From a virus (lineage: Duplodnaviria; Caudoviricetes): DNA of 34,194 nucleotides. A program made the position numbers and the translations under genes. The stretch spans positions 1-34,194 of IMG/VR virus record IMGVR_UViG_3300047560_000356, one strand, 5' to 3'. The notes beneath the pieces were generated by a model that searched no databases, was not told the origin of the DNA, and was given only the letters and a program-made list of their open reading frames with translations. Below, piece by piece: positions 9,401 to 18,533 of the stretch. How positions within the stretch are numbered: the stretch's first letter is position 1; the number at the start of each line of letters is the position of its first letter.

Positions 9401-11160
9401 CATATTCAATGGTTGCTGACCAGGCAACTGCATCTGCTATTGCTAACTCTAAGTTAAGTCCTGCTAAACTTCAGGAGATGGCTGCTGCTGCTAAAAAGGC
9501 TGCAGACGCAGTGCTTGAGTTTAATACTCGTACAAGTCTAGCAAACTCTGTTCAAGAATTCAATGATAAAAAGGCACTACTTCTTAAATTAGGAGCACAG
9601 GCAAAGAACTTTACAGACGAACAGATGACGGAAATTTTAAATAACCAAGATCTTCAAAAGATGATTCTACATCCTGAGTTCAATCAAGAAGAATTTAATC
9701 AAAAGCTTAAGCAGGTTGCAGAACAGGCTAATGTTGAGATTGCACTTAAGTCACTAACCATCGATGGCATGAAGGACCTATTCCAAACAGGCTTTAATAA
9801 TGCTATGAATGAAATTAATGCTAAGGAAACAAAAATCAATATCCAGTTTGAGAATAAAACTGCTGGAGATAATAAGATTATTAAAGATTCTGAGAATAAA
9901 ATTGCTGGAATCAACTATCAGGTTGGACAATGGCAGGCACAGCTAAAGGGCATTGAGGATCAAGAGAAAACAATCAATGAATCTTATGACAAGCGTAAGG
10001 AAGCCTTAAGTACTATCGCTCAAATGAACGATAGAATTTCTAATCAGCAAAAGGGTCAGCTAGGACTTGCACAAGCACTCGCTTCAGGTGATATGGGGGC
10101 TGCTGCTCGTGCTGCACAGGATATGCGTTCACAGGCAGCTGGATATGCAATTCAAGACCAGCAGAGTGCACTTGAAGCATCTAGAAAAGATGCTCTTGGT
10201 GCTGTAAGAAGCGATAAGGGTTATTCAAGACTTGAAATTGAAACTCAGGTGAAGATACTTAATGATCAAATTTTTAAGATTCAGCAAGACTCACTTATTC
10301 CTGCACAAGAAAGAGTAAGACTAGCAACTGTTGAAAGAGATAGACAACTTGAGTTAGTCACATCTCTTGGATTAAATAAGAGTCAGTGGAATGAAATTAA
10401 AAATAATATTGACCTTGCAGAAATTGGAACTGGGAAATACCAGCAGTCAATCTCTATTGCTAAGGACCTTGTTGGAGATATGCTTAAGCACTGGAATGAT
10501 ATGCCTAAGACATTCGAAACTCTTTACACAATTCGTCAGAAATATATTACTGAGGGGACTCCTGCTGCTGGTGCACCAACAGTAACAGATACATCTGGAG
10601 TTACTGGAGTTGGAAAAGCTGATAAGATTGATAATGGTGGAATCCCATCTGGAGTACCAAGTTCAGCACTAGTGTCTGGATATGGAGCAGTTACTACTGG
10701 CCCAACAGCTGCAGAAAAGCAAGCATGGCTATTTGCAGCTACAACTGGTAGAGCATCCTCACTGACACCAGCACAAAGAGCAGCTATTGGGTTTGCAAGC
10801 GGTGGTTCTGTTCCTGGAGTTGGAAATTATGACAATACCCCAGCAGTTCTAACTCCTGGTGAATTTGTTATTAATAGAAATTCTGTTGGTAAGTATGGCC
10901 GTGGTTTATTAAATTCAATTAACTCTGGAACATATAGAGAACCTTCAATGCCAGCAATGACAGCAGCAGATATCCCTACAGCAGATATTTCAAGAGGAAC
11001 CTCTATAGTTCAAACATCAAACCACAGTTCAGTGTATAATTATACTCTAACAGTAAATGCAAAAACTGATGCTAATGCTAATGATATTGCTCAAACTGTA
11101 ATGGCTAAGCTTCGTCAAGTTGGAAGCAATGACCAAAGAATTAGAGGGGTTAGATACTAA
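3454..11160 (+). CDS. Tape measure protein
   Basis: 2568 aa, Ala/Gly/Gln-rich and helical; TP901-type core (AAEGANALKSGLASMINPTK...LDPLNRARAIETMFGK), hydrophobic segments, C-terminal FASGG...LTPGEFV motif; SD GAGGTG. Confidence 0.95.
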   Translation: MADVESNININIDASQALANLRALQREISAFHTQMAKGGAAAQAASNNLSQNLVNQINATGKFSAQFTNVASTTEAFTTALEKNQFTLREYFRYTGAATKTFGKMFAQEFDTISTVARERVKDLQSQYIKLGKDANGAIQAIKVRPLALDMDDLGTKTQIAAQKTQILNQLLQQGSTNLLNFGKNTQWAGRQLMVGFTIPLMMFGSQAAKAFQDVEEQMIRFKRVYGDLQTTSKDAQAAADDVKRLASEYTKYGIAVADTIKLAADAAATGKQGAELMAQVASATKLAVLGGIDQQQALQTTISLTNAFGIAADDLAKKTNFLNAVENQTVTSIDDLTTAIPKAAPVVKQLGGNVEDLTFFLTAMREGGVNAAEGANALKSGLASMINPTKAASDMLAGFGINIRGIVDSNAGDLKGTVIGVAKALDTLDPLNRARAIETMFGKFQFARMSAMFQNITDQGSQANKVLQLTTATSEELAILSEREMKTMENSPLYKFKKAMEDLKATLVPIGEQFLKAITPVIKFIGGILEKFNDLSDGSKKFVVTLTTILAGIGPVALMTFGLLANGVANIIKLFTSVKRVFNGAGGASQDLGSQTRFMTQAQIEAAAAASSLDQAHSALKQTFTSEANAVDMLTAAYQRAITAQRGFSGGPVPNTRPTKPKNFADGGVVVTGPGGPKDDAIPANLSNGEVVLSVDTVNKNPGVVAALLQGRKINVPGFSNGSGAEKFVSSGMGYSQGHFSGFSEHTGQQLLDMAKNDQDLAAIRSRLQTQAELLSKITGNEVKYEDMLTRKFQTYDNRVVGQSMALNTMLGQSSGKGGQATADFVQREYAGQREQAHGMAANFMKANGVTPEKIQVAMTDLADEVDAGIADFIAKTGKSAKDVKMSGQDLDKVMQTAYEKVASRNKDLAQAYAGMSEVAGIASVEKTSTGSNNRLALSRFRTWYKRSSTKDENYTAGMEYSDQPAYLAQVAKRKFRGDNLTLAKKVRDADPEGFRDLLQQGDAKKRLAMLKAIAKKHGIAVIDEMGKGAQEGLDEGLQNASPSKRARKSGNYGAEGYIEGLESKPDAATQAGKRNAKRANDGIESEVAAARAAGKKVGTAAAQGVSESTGSTGPRDMSGTGLQGMFNRSKLGDKFNNSAFGQRLNARAAFSGGEPTAMAQGLRKAGGVGMGVTSALAMASAIPGPIGQTAQSILPVASAITTVLPMLSSPIGVAVLAIGALAGAVYMQKKAFDDAQNATLDFAEKVGVSTKAVESFSKFAGTVSASEVMRKRREGNINPFQIQTGKTTWGQSYVQSEDGKKQVQNVKADIKKNGAGAQSNIVAQTAAAVMDGSMSAAQARSYIAAVGQQLGDTSFSIKANAQLISLIGVNGENILKDGMAIRTKLIEDQRAKTTASMKDLQKASAFNGGDLGNTALGVGGGAAAGAVAGAIAGSAIPIIGTAVGAIGGAIIGGVAGGIFAQQDRQKRIGNASAATVAMQKQELEVEQQMLDSLDMEYEKKYANLMAAGKQAEAEKLTNDYLANRQALLDQQATTVQNMATSFKSADSEVQGALMSGVDKAVTKKYKGTMYEDMVGLANDKLASSGLSQEKVFVLKTEMAAGNIDPMKMINIMNTFAGDQKTIDKVLSIITKFGGATGAQTDQVMALFDGNKAIQKSIVTKVSAAKTSKDAQSILNMWAAIGSSTARSKDLKVVADFIDKNPAVQKKLSGIIDTVNKHQGKFKMDFITNFLGDNKGAMDALKQDMDYFNKLSDKEQKVYLTELAVISTKVISAKDPLVQTWLKGAGSSYANSTDGEQLAAYLAYDAQTVTKAAIDTTSKKPGPGAGGGGGGPQASAIDGLTKELRDVQKNQIVPKVGWGANMSILRNLFSGKDSKGKDKKELTLFSGLQNDMRAKGAGEDLIQLIAGMDPAEFEKHKKELFNFDKKGNIKSFKSDLVTIGEALRSIQLGKFVDQQQAVLKQTGEQGSALEKLKKAGVDTATAYSMVADQATASAIANSKLSPAKLQEMAAAAKKAADAVLEFNTRTSLANSVQEFNDKKALLLKLGAQAKNFTDEQMTEILNNQDLQKMILHPEFNQEEFNQKLKQVAEQANVEIALKSLTIDGMKDLFQTGFNNAMNEINAKETKINIQFENKTAGDNKIIKDSENKIAGINYQVGQWQAQLKGIEDQEKTINESYDKRKEALSTIAQMNDRISNQQKGQLGLAQALASGDMGAAARAAQDMRSQAAGYAIQDQQSALEASRKDALGAVRSDKGYSRLEIETQVKILNDQIFKIQQDSLIPAQERVRLATVERDRQLELVTSLGLNKSQWNEIKNNIDLAEIGTGKYQQSISIAKDLVGDMLKHWNDMPKTFETLYTIRQKYITEGTPAAGAPTVTDTSGVTGVGKADKIDNGGIPSGVPSSALVSGYGAVTTGPTAAEKQAWLFAATTGRASSLTPAQRAAIGFASGGSVPGVGNYDNTPAVLTPGEFVINRNSVGKYGRGLLNSINSGTYREPSMPAMTAADIPTADISRGTSIVQTSNHSSVYNYTLTVNAKTDANANDIAQTVMAKLRQVGSNDQRIRGVRY

Positions 11161-11792
11161 TGGCATCACAAGCCTATAAAGCAGGCAGACAGAAGTATGC
11201 ACGTCCACAGGCAATGCTGTGGTCTAATAACCCACCTCAAATTTTATCTAATGAGTATATTCCAATTGGGTATGAGATTGGCTCAAATACCCCAGGAACA
11301 ACAAAATTGTCAAATGATTTTTTGATTCTATCTGATCATAATCGACAGCCACTTGATTTTAAGAATAATCGTATTGAAACAAGAAAACGTATGATAAATG
11401 GCCAAATGAGGGCATATCACGTTGCAGATAAATTACAAATCAATGTATCTTGGGATAATTTGCCATCACGTGGGTTTGCAAGTAAGGCACTATTTAATAA
11501 TGAAACTGGAGAATCATCTTTGGCACAAGCTGATCAGTTTACAGTAGATGGTGGTGCTGGAGGCATTGAAATGCTAGACTGGTATGAGACACATACTGGA
11601 TCATTTTGGGTATACCTATCATATGATAAGTACAACCAGTTTTCACCAGAAGATACAGATAGATATACTAGACTAGGTCAATATGCCTATGCTATAAAGA
11701 TGTTTGTTTCATCTTTTGACTACACTGTTCAAAAAAGAGGCAACGCTGGGCATGATCTTTGGAACATTCAGCTATCACTAGAAGAGGAATAA
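11160..11792 (+). CDS. Putative distal tail (Dit-like) protein
   Basis: First gene after TMP, coupled by TAATG; RKRMING.MR motif and C-terminal WNIQLSLEE strand. Confidence 0.65.
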   Translation: MASQAYKAGRQKYARPQAMLWSNNPPQILSNEYIPIGYEIGSNTPGTTKLSNDFLILSDHNRQPLDFKNNRIETRKRMINGQMRAYHVADKLQINVSWDNLPSRGFASKALFNNETGESSLAQADQFTVDGGAGGIEMLDWYETHTGSFWVYLSYDKYNQFSPEDTDRYTRLGQYAYAIKMFVSSFDYTVQKRGNAGHDLWNIQLSLEEE

Positions 11793-11793
11793 T

Positions 11794-14700
11794 ATGTTTG
11801 GCGATGACAAACTTAATCAATATTTAACTACAGCCTCTTCAATCAATGTTCAGTCTAAGGTGTTTGCAGAGTGGAATCTTAACTGGTCGTCCAATATATC
11901 TAAAATTGGTAATTATAGATATAGGCCAACCTCACCTTCTGACCCTAACTATATTATTCAGACATCATATGATCAAGATGATTATGCAAACTCTTATACT
12001 GGTGCAACAGATGCTGACATTGTAATCGATGGTGGTTATGATAAAAATGACCAACCGCTAGGTTTTATTTCAAAAAAGACAAGAAATAGCCTACTCTATT
12101 CACTTGAAGATTGTTTTAATAGATTTAGACCAAGATCTGGCATTAACAAGGCATCCCTATTTTCTGGGCATTTTTTACATCACTCAAATAAAGATATGTA
12201 TGCACGTCCAAGATACTATATGGCTGACAAAGCAGATAAGTTTAAGTATTGGTCATCATTCCGTACAGAGGCTGGGTATGATCGTGGTCTATCATTTAGA
12301 TCAGGTAACTCATTCTTCATTGAGGATGCTGCCCCATTTGTGGTTTATAATGAAAAGATTTCTACAAATAGGGTAGTTGTTAAGATGCAGACACATGTTG
12401 GAACAAAGGATCTGGGTCCATTCTATACAGCATCATCACAACTAAATGATCCATACTATGGATATGTAAATAGTAGAACTCCTGAATCATGGTCAATCCA
12501 ATACCTTGAAGATTCTCAGTGGAAAACAGCTATATCATTTACGGCATCTTCGTCTAGAGCAGATGGATCTCCAATTATTGGTCCAGACGGATATGTTGAA
12601 ATATTTTATGGACTTAATGTTCCACCAGCATATAGAACAATTTTTAATTTTAAAACTGAGATTATTTCAGATACTATGCTTCCGCTTAATCCAAAAGTTG
12701 GGGATGCATATTTAGTCAAGATAGATGAAAATGATCTTGGACTATTCCATATTTATACTGCAACTGGTTTTAAAACTTTTACGCCAACATATGGGTGGCA
12801 ATTGCTAGATGGTGATATTGTAGATTATAGAAATACACTGACAAAAATTTCATCAGCATATTCATATAAAGACTTAATATCAAATAGTATTAAATATAGA
12901 CAGTTTTCTAACATAAGTGGATTGCGTGTAGTCGTAACAACAATGCATCGAAATGATAGTACTTTTGACTTAATTGAGCTATCCCCAAGACTTTTTGCAG
13001 ATATGACAGACTATACAGAAAACCTAAGCCTTGATAAGACTGCATCAGATCTTGGTGTATCTGGAATGCCTGTAGGACAACTTCTGACATCAACTGGAAA
13101 GATTTCTATGTTTGATTATGATAATACTTTCAATCCAAATTATGATAAAAGTATTATTGGAAAATATCTTAAGCAATCAGCAAAGTTTTTAGTTTACGAA
13201 CAAATTATTATAGATGATGGATCAAAATATTTAATTCCTATAAAACATCTTTACTCAAAGGGTATGCCAGTATTTAATGCATCGTCAAGATCAGCAGACT
13301 TTGATTTAAGAGACTATTTCTCTGTTTTTGAATCCCAGGAATGTCCTGACCTACTAATGCAAGATGTATCATTAAGCGTAGCCATAGCAACACTGCTTGA
13401 CTCTGTTGGTTTTTCTAACTATAAGTTTTATCGTACTGAGAATGATAATGATCTGATAATCCCATATTTCTTTGTTAATAAAGATAAGTCAGTGGCTCAG
13501 GCACTACAAGATTTAGCTATAGCTTCTCAGAGTTCCATGTTTTTTGATGAAGAAAATAATTTTATTGTTATGGCAAAAAATTATATGATGCCAACAATTT
13601 CAGAAAGACCAACTGACATGATAGTTAGTGGAGAGCAAACTGGATCACTTTCTGCCAATATAGAAGCAATATCTACAAATGAAACAAAAGCACTTAATGA
13701 TGGTTCAATCTCATATAAAAATTACTATATTCAAAAAACTACTGGAAAGCTAAAACAGCAAGCACAGTTGGATATAGATCGCACTTGGATTTATAAACCA
13801 GTATTACTATGGCAAGCATCTCAGGCTAACTTTACTAAACCACAAAATGATGAATTTGGACAGGGAGCATTCAGCTTAGCTGCAGTACCACTAAATACAA
13901 CCCTGGGTAATGAAGTTCCAATAGTTAAAAATGGAGTAGTGATTAATAATACTATGGATTTTGGGATGCCAGTACTTTCTGGTCTATCTCGCTATAATGG
14001 ATATTTCTATGCCAATGGAGAAATCATCAAATATGATGCAGTACAGTTTGTTACATCACAAGGAACTGTATGGATTCAGTCACCACAAGAGTATGCAGAC
14101 TACTTCTCAAAAATTTCTTTTGGTGGATCGATGTATCCTACTGGTCTAGTAAGAATTTTTGCACAACCATACTACCAAACAGTGAATGGTGTAACTAGAT
14201 TTAAAGAAGGTCCAGTAGAAAAGCATGGTCGTATGCAATTTGGTACTGGCTATAGAAAAGCAGACGGGACAGTTGAACCATGTGTTCATAATGCTGGACT
14301 ATCACCTGAGTGGCAAAATGCAACTGTGAATGGATGCAGAATGTCGTTCTCAGATATGCTTTCATCAAAAACTGAAGATGCATTGTCTAAATCTAAGGGT
14401 ATTTCTTTAGCTTCTACTGGCATTGCAGGCACAAAGGTTGCAGCTACTTCTAAAAGTGGTATTATTAGAAACTTCATGAGCTCTACATATCTTACAGATA
14501 AAGACACTAATGCTCTTAAGACAGCACAAAAGGGATCAGTTCAAGCATCAGCTTTAGTATTAGAGGGACCATCGTTTGCTGCAGAAGATAAACCATCAGA
14601 ATATCTAGCATATATACCTAAGCAGCTAGATTCTAAATTTGTTCATTTTGGTGCAAGGCTTAGACTAATTGGAAAGAAATCTAGCAAGCCAGACTTAGAG

Positions 14701-16059
14701 AATAAGCAAACTCCAAATGGATCAATGTCATATTTTTCAGATGCATCTATTGGGGCATCATCTGGAGGAATTACAGTTCTAAATAATCCAGCAACTAATG
14801 CAGGATATTATTTTGAGCTAATGGCATTGACAAAAGAAAACATGGATGTTGCTGGAGAAAATACACCAATAGCAAATTTAGTATTTTATAAGGTAAAGGG
14901 TGGAACTGATTCACTAGCTAATCCAGTTAAGCTGTGGGAAGGTTCATACCCAATTATCGTTGACAATGGAAACTTTACTGGACAAGAAAGAACGTTCGCA
15001 GATGGTTCACCTGCATCAACCTATGATATATATGTTGAGTATAAAGATACTGGCAATGTAAGAAGGTTCTACCTATCTCTAAATGGGTCAGTAATTGCAA
15101 CAGTAGACGATCTAGATCCATTGCCAGTTTATAATAATTTTGGACCATTCATTAGAGGTACCTCAAGACTAATGTTTGAAAATATATATGCATTATCTCA
15201 AAACCATTCATTGAACTCAAATGCTAACTTAGAAACACCTATGAATGCAATCTTTACTAATGATTCATCACTTCAAACAAATGAGGTATTAAGAAAATAC
15301 TCTATGTCTGGTGCGATACAATCTACATATCTTACAGGTATATCTACATCCCAAGATCCAAAGTTTAACATATACTTTGAGGAGTTTGGAACTATAATGA
15401 GGGAAGCAGCATACTTCAATATTAGATTTGATAAAGCATTCCCTGCTCTTATGTCCATGCCAGTACCAACTATTACTGGTATGCGAGGGTATACTATGTC
15501 TGGGTATAGACCATCAGCATATGGTGCAGAATTCATGATTTTTAATGCAACAGATACATTCCTAGATATTAGTGAGAATAGCACAAACTATCTAAAAATT
15601 CAAGGTGTTTCCTTTACTCAATCATCTGAAAGAACTCTAACTGTTGATGAAATCCTAAGCAAGAATTCTGATCTATCAGATGTAGATAATCTGCAGAAAA
15701 ATATCCTACATTCTCCACAGGCTGCTCAGACCTTGAAAAATCAGCTAAAAGACAGTATTACTATGTATGGTAAAAATGCATTCCAAATTTCATCACCATA
15801 TATCCAAAGTACTGATGCTGCACAAGAACTGCTATCTTGGCTAATTACAAAGATTAATAAACCAAGAAGAAATATTGGCCTATCCTTATTTGGTGGATCT
15901 GTCTTACAGCTAGGAGATATTGTGCAAGTCTTCTGGACAGATAACTCAGGTGTTGATCAGCTTATCAATAGAGATCAAAGGTTTGTTGTCTATCATATAA
16001 CATACGAGTCTGGACCAGATGGACCATCTACTACAGTATATATGAGTGAGGTAATTTAA
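11794..16059 (+). CDS. Tail tip / hub (central fibre) protein
   Basis: 1421 aa after Dit; hub-like segments (ALQDLAIASQSSMFFDEENNF; LQLGDIVQV) and a probable lectin-like beta-sandwich at about 14640-15195. Confidence 0.7.
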   Translation: MFGDDKLNQYLTTASSINVQSKVFAEWNLNWSSNISKIGNYRYRPTSPSDPNYIIQTSYDQDDYANSYTGATDADIVIDGGYDKNDQPLGFISKKTRNSLLYSLEDCFNRFRPRSGINKASLFSGHFLHHSNKDMYARPRYYMADKADKFKYWSSFRTEAGYDRGLSFRSGNSFFIEDAAPFVVYNEKISTNRVVVKMQTHVGTKDLGPFYTASSQLNDPYYGYVNSRTPESWSIQYLEDSQWKTAISFTASSSRADGSPIIGPDGYVEIFYGLNVPPAYRTIFNFKTEIISDTMLPLNPKVGDAYLVKIDENDLGLFHIYTATGFKTFTPTYGWQLLDGDIVDYRNTLTKISSAYSYKDLISNSIKYRQFSNISGLRVVVTTMHRNDSTFDLIELSPRLFADMTDYTENLSLDKTASDLGVSGMPVGQLLTSTGKISMFDYDNTFNPNYDKSIIGKYLKQSAKFLVYEQIIIDDGSKYLIPIKHLYSKGMPVFNASSRSADFDLRDYFSVFESQECPDLLMQDVSLSVAIATLLDSVGFSNYKFYRTENDNDLIIPYFFVNKDKSVAQALQDLAIASQSSMFFDEENNFIVMAKNYMMPTISERPTDMIVSGEQTGSLSANIEAISTNETKALNDGSISYKNYYIQKTTGKLKQQAQLDIDRTWIYKPVLLWQASQANFTKPQNDEFGQGAFSLAAVPLNTTLGNEVPIVKNGVVINNTMDFGMPVLSGLSRYNGYFYANGEIIKYDAVQFVTSQGTVWIQSPQEYADYFSKISFGGSMYPTGLVRIFAQPYYQTVNGVTRFKEGPVEKHGRMQFGTGYRKADGTVEPCVHNAGLSPEWQNATVNGCRMSFSDMLSSKTEDALSKSKGISLASTGIAGTKVAATSKSGIIRNFMSSTYLTDKDTNALKTAQKGSVQASALVLEGPSFAAEDKPSEYLAYIPKQLDSKFVHFGARLRLIGKKSSKPDLENKQTPNGSMSYFSDASIGASSGGITVLNNPATNAGYYFELMALTKENMDVAGENTPIANLVFYKVKGGTDSLANPVKLWEGSYPIIVDNGNFTGQERTFADGSPASTYDIYVEYKDTGNVRRFYLSLNGSVIATVDDLDPLPVYNNFGPFIRGTSRLMFENIYALSQNHSLNSNANLETPMNAIFTNDSSLQTNEVLRKYSMSGAIQSTYLTGISTSQDPKFNIYFEEFGTIMREAAYFNIRFDKAFPALMSMPVPTITGMRGYTMSGYRPSAYGAEFMIFNATDTFLDISENSTNYLKIQGVSFTQSSERTLTVDEILSKNSDLSDVDNLQKNILHSPQAAQTLKNQLKDSITMYGKNAFQISSPYIQSTDAAQELLSWLITKINKPRRNIGLSLFGGSVLQLGDIVQVFWTDNSGVDQLINRDQRFVVYHITYESGPDGPSTTVYMSEVI

Positions 16060-17093
16060 TGGCTAAGAAAAAAGAACCAACTCCAGCTCCTACAGCAGCT
16101 CAGGTTAATGCACATAAAGGAATTACTCCAAGCATACTTCCAAACTTACTCAAGCCAGCTGCAGCACCATCAGTACCACCATTGCTTAAACCAATTGTTA
16201 AAGCTGCACCATTGCCAGGAGATAAAGGGTTTATTGGCCCAGTAACTGGAACACAAACCCAGGAGGGAAAAGTAAGAGCTCTTGCAGCATCTGCAAATGC
16301 TCCAGGACTTACATCATCACAGAAAGCTGATAGAGCTAGAACACTTGGCAGGGCCCAGGCACAACTTGCCATATATAAAAAGAATCACCCAGAAGATCAG
16401 GTAAAGTACGTTCCACCAAAAGTAACCCCAAAGAAAGTTGAAAAAACTGCTCCTAAAAAAAATAATAATGGACCTAAAAATAATAATAAGAATACTAATA
16501 ATAATAATAATAATAAAAATAATAATGGTCCAAAGGTTGATGGAAATACTACTATTTTAGATGGTGGAGATACTCCATATGATCCATCTAAGGATACTGG
16601 AAAAACTGAACTGTTCCCAACACCGTATTCAGCATTCCAGGTTCCAAAAAATGATGGCTCTATTGTTCCAGATGTAGCTAAGCCAGCTGGACCAGAGTTG
16701 CTAATGGTAAGTGATGAAAACTATACCCCAGAGTACCTAGAAAAAATACTATTTGAAAATCTTAGCGGAATAGAGATTATCAGTATAGCTAGACATGATG
16801 AGGTTGATGGAGCAGATCTGTCTTATTCTCAAATATCAAATCTAGGGAAGGTATCAACTATATATGGCGGAGCAAACCTAATGCTTCTTCAAAATACATC
16901 TGAGCAGATAGCAAGAAGGTTCCCAGTAAATATTGATGACTATATACCTACAGATACATCTGACCCAGATGGTCTAAATAGGCCAGTGTATTTTGATGCA
17001 AGTGGAAATATAGTCATAGAAATAAAAAATGCAGTATATAACGAACAGGTTGATGTTCAAATTCTACAAGCAAGTAATGGTACAATATACTAG
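16059..17093 (+). CDS. Minor tail-module protein with low-complexity Pro/Ala/Lys/Asn N-terminal half
   Basis: 344-aa ORF coupled by TAATG with SD GAGGT; globular-looking C-terminal ~140 aa. Confidence 0.6.
   Translation: MAKKKEPTPAPTAAQVNAHKGITPSILPNLLKPAAAPSVPPLLKPIVKAAPLPGDKGFIGPVTGTQTQEGKVRALAASANAPGLTSSQKADRARTLGRAQAQLAIYKKNHPEDQVKYVPPKVTPKKVEKTAPKKNNNGPKNNNKNTNNNNNNKNNNGPKVDGNTTILDGGDTPYDPSKDTGKTELFPTPYSAFQVPKNDGSIVPDVAKPAGPELLMVSDENYTPEYLEKILFENLSGIEIISIARHDEVDGADLSYSQISNLGKVSTIYGGANLMLLQNTSEQIARRFPVNIDDYIPTDTSDPDGLNRPVYFDASGNIVIEIKNAVYNEQVDVQILQASNGTIY
16452..16535 (+). repeat. In-frame (AAT)n microsatellite encoding PKKNNNGPKNNNKNTNNNNNNKNNNGPK
   Basis: Directly visible AAT runs, with the AATAATAATGGwCCwAA unit present twice. 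Confidence 0.9.
17078..17086 (+). promoter_or_regulatory. Candidate extended -10 promoter (TGGTACAAT)
   Basis: TGnTAnAAT just before SD GAGGA and ATG 17103. Confidence 0.45.
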
Positions 17094-17102
17094 AGGAATA
17101 TT

Positions 17103-18533
17103 ATGATTACATATAAAGGTCAGTCAATTTTAACTAAATACCTGGTTGGTCAGGCATCATCTTATGCTGCCTACTTAGCTGTAGGGTGTGGAGCTAAGAC
17201 TAAATTACCAACAGATTCAAATGATGCAATTGAGATCAACACTATAAAGTCAAAGCAAAATCTAGACTTTGAAATGTTCCGTGTGCCAATTTTATCAAGA
17301 GGGTATGTTACTGAGCAAGCTGCTGTAGCAGAAATTACTGGTGCTACATATGCAAATGGATATATATTTTATACAATTGATAACTCAAATGCCATCTTCC
17401 AATCAGGATCTATTGTTGACATTTCTGGAATAACCCCTGCAGCCTTTAACTTTTCTAATGTATCAGTAAAATTTTCTACACTAAATAGCATTATTATTCA
17501 GGCAGATATTCCTTCAAACACTACATATTCCTCTGGCGGAAGCGTATCTTTGAATACAACAAAGGTAGTATTTACAGCAGAACTGCCTTCTGAAGAAAGA
17601 TATGACATTACAGAAATTGGAATTTTCTCTGCACAAGCTAATCCAGATATTCAGAATACAGATAGTAAGAATATCCTTTCATTTCTTGAGTCGGAAAAAT
17701 GGCAACAGCATGGAACTACTATTTCAACTCTTCCATCAGTATATACGAACTTGGCACAAAATGAGGCAGATTATATTACTGGTTCATATACAGTAGTTGA
17801 TGAAGTTACTCTACAACCATCTGTAAAAGAGCTAAAGGCTTTCCACACTAATGCTGATAATGTAATTTTTTCCAACATTAATAGAAAAAACAGATCAGAA
17901 GATTGTAGATACCTTAATAATATAGTTTTACTTCGTGGAGACTTATCTAACATAACCAAAGCAAATAATGTTCTTTCTGTATCTGGTGGAGATCATATCC
18001 ATACTCCAAATACTCAGCTAGCATCTCTTGATAAAAACTCACCATCTGATGAATTAAGAATAGCGTTTTCTTTGATTAATAGGGACGGTGCACCAAAGCA
18101 AGATGGAACATTTGATAAGCCAAAGTCTATTAGATTAGTAATTGATTTTGCGGTATCAGAATCTGGATCAGACTATAAGAGACTTGCAATAGATATAGCA
18201 GATACTGATGGTGATAAGGTATATGATTTTGATACAAATAGATATTTTGTTATAAAGAAAAAATTAAGTGAACTAATAACATCTGGAACATTTTCATGGT
18301 CAGAGGTTAAGTTTATAAAGATTTATGCCTCAATTATCGGCAGCGATGATTTACCTAGCTCAAATTTTTATCTAGGGCTTGACGCTGTAAGATTTGAAAA
18401 TGTCACAGCAGTTAATCCGCTTTATGGAATGACTGGATATTCTGTGGTAACTACATTAGATGGGCTGCCAATTACAAAGGTGGAAAACGTACCATCGCTA
18501 GTAGAGTTTAGATTTGGATTAGACGTAGCATGA
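17103..18533 (+). CDS. Minor tail / baseplate-associated protein
   Basis: N-terminus MIT.KG..IL...YLAVG.G and VFTAELP...ITEIGIFS resemble the fibre/baseplate attachment domain; C-terminal beta-rich region. Confidence 0.6.
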   Translation: MITYKGQSILTKYLVGQASSYAAYLAVGCGAKTKLPTDSNDAIEINTIKSKQNLDFEMFRVPILSRGYVTEQAAVAEITGATYANGYIFYTIDNSNAIFQSGSIVDISGITPAAFNFSNVSVKFSTLNSIIIQADIPSNTTYSSGGSVSLNTTKVVFTAELPSEERYDITEIGIFSAQANPDIQNTDSKNILSFLESEKWQQHGTTISTLPSVYTNLAQNEADYITGSYTVVDEVTLQPSVKELKAFHTNADNVIFSNINRKNRSEDCRYLNNIVLLRGDLSNITKANNVLSVSGGDHIHTPNTQLASLDKNSPSDELRIAFSLINRDGAPKQDGTFDKPKSIRLVIDFAVSESGSDYKRLAIDIADTDGDKVYDFDTNRYFVIKKKLSELITSGTFSWSEVKFIKIYASIIGSDDLPSSNFYLGLDAVRFENVTAVNPLYGMTGYSVVTTLDGLPITKVENVPSLVEFRFGLDVA

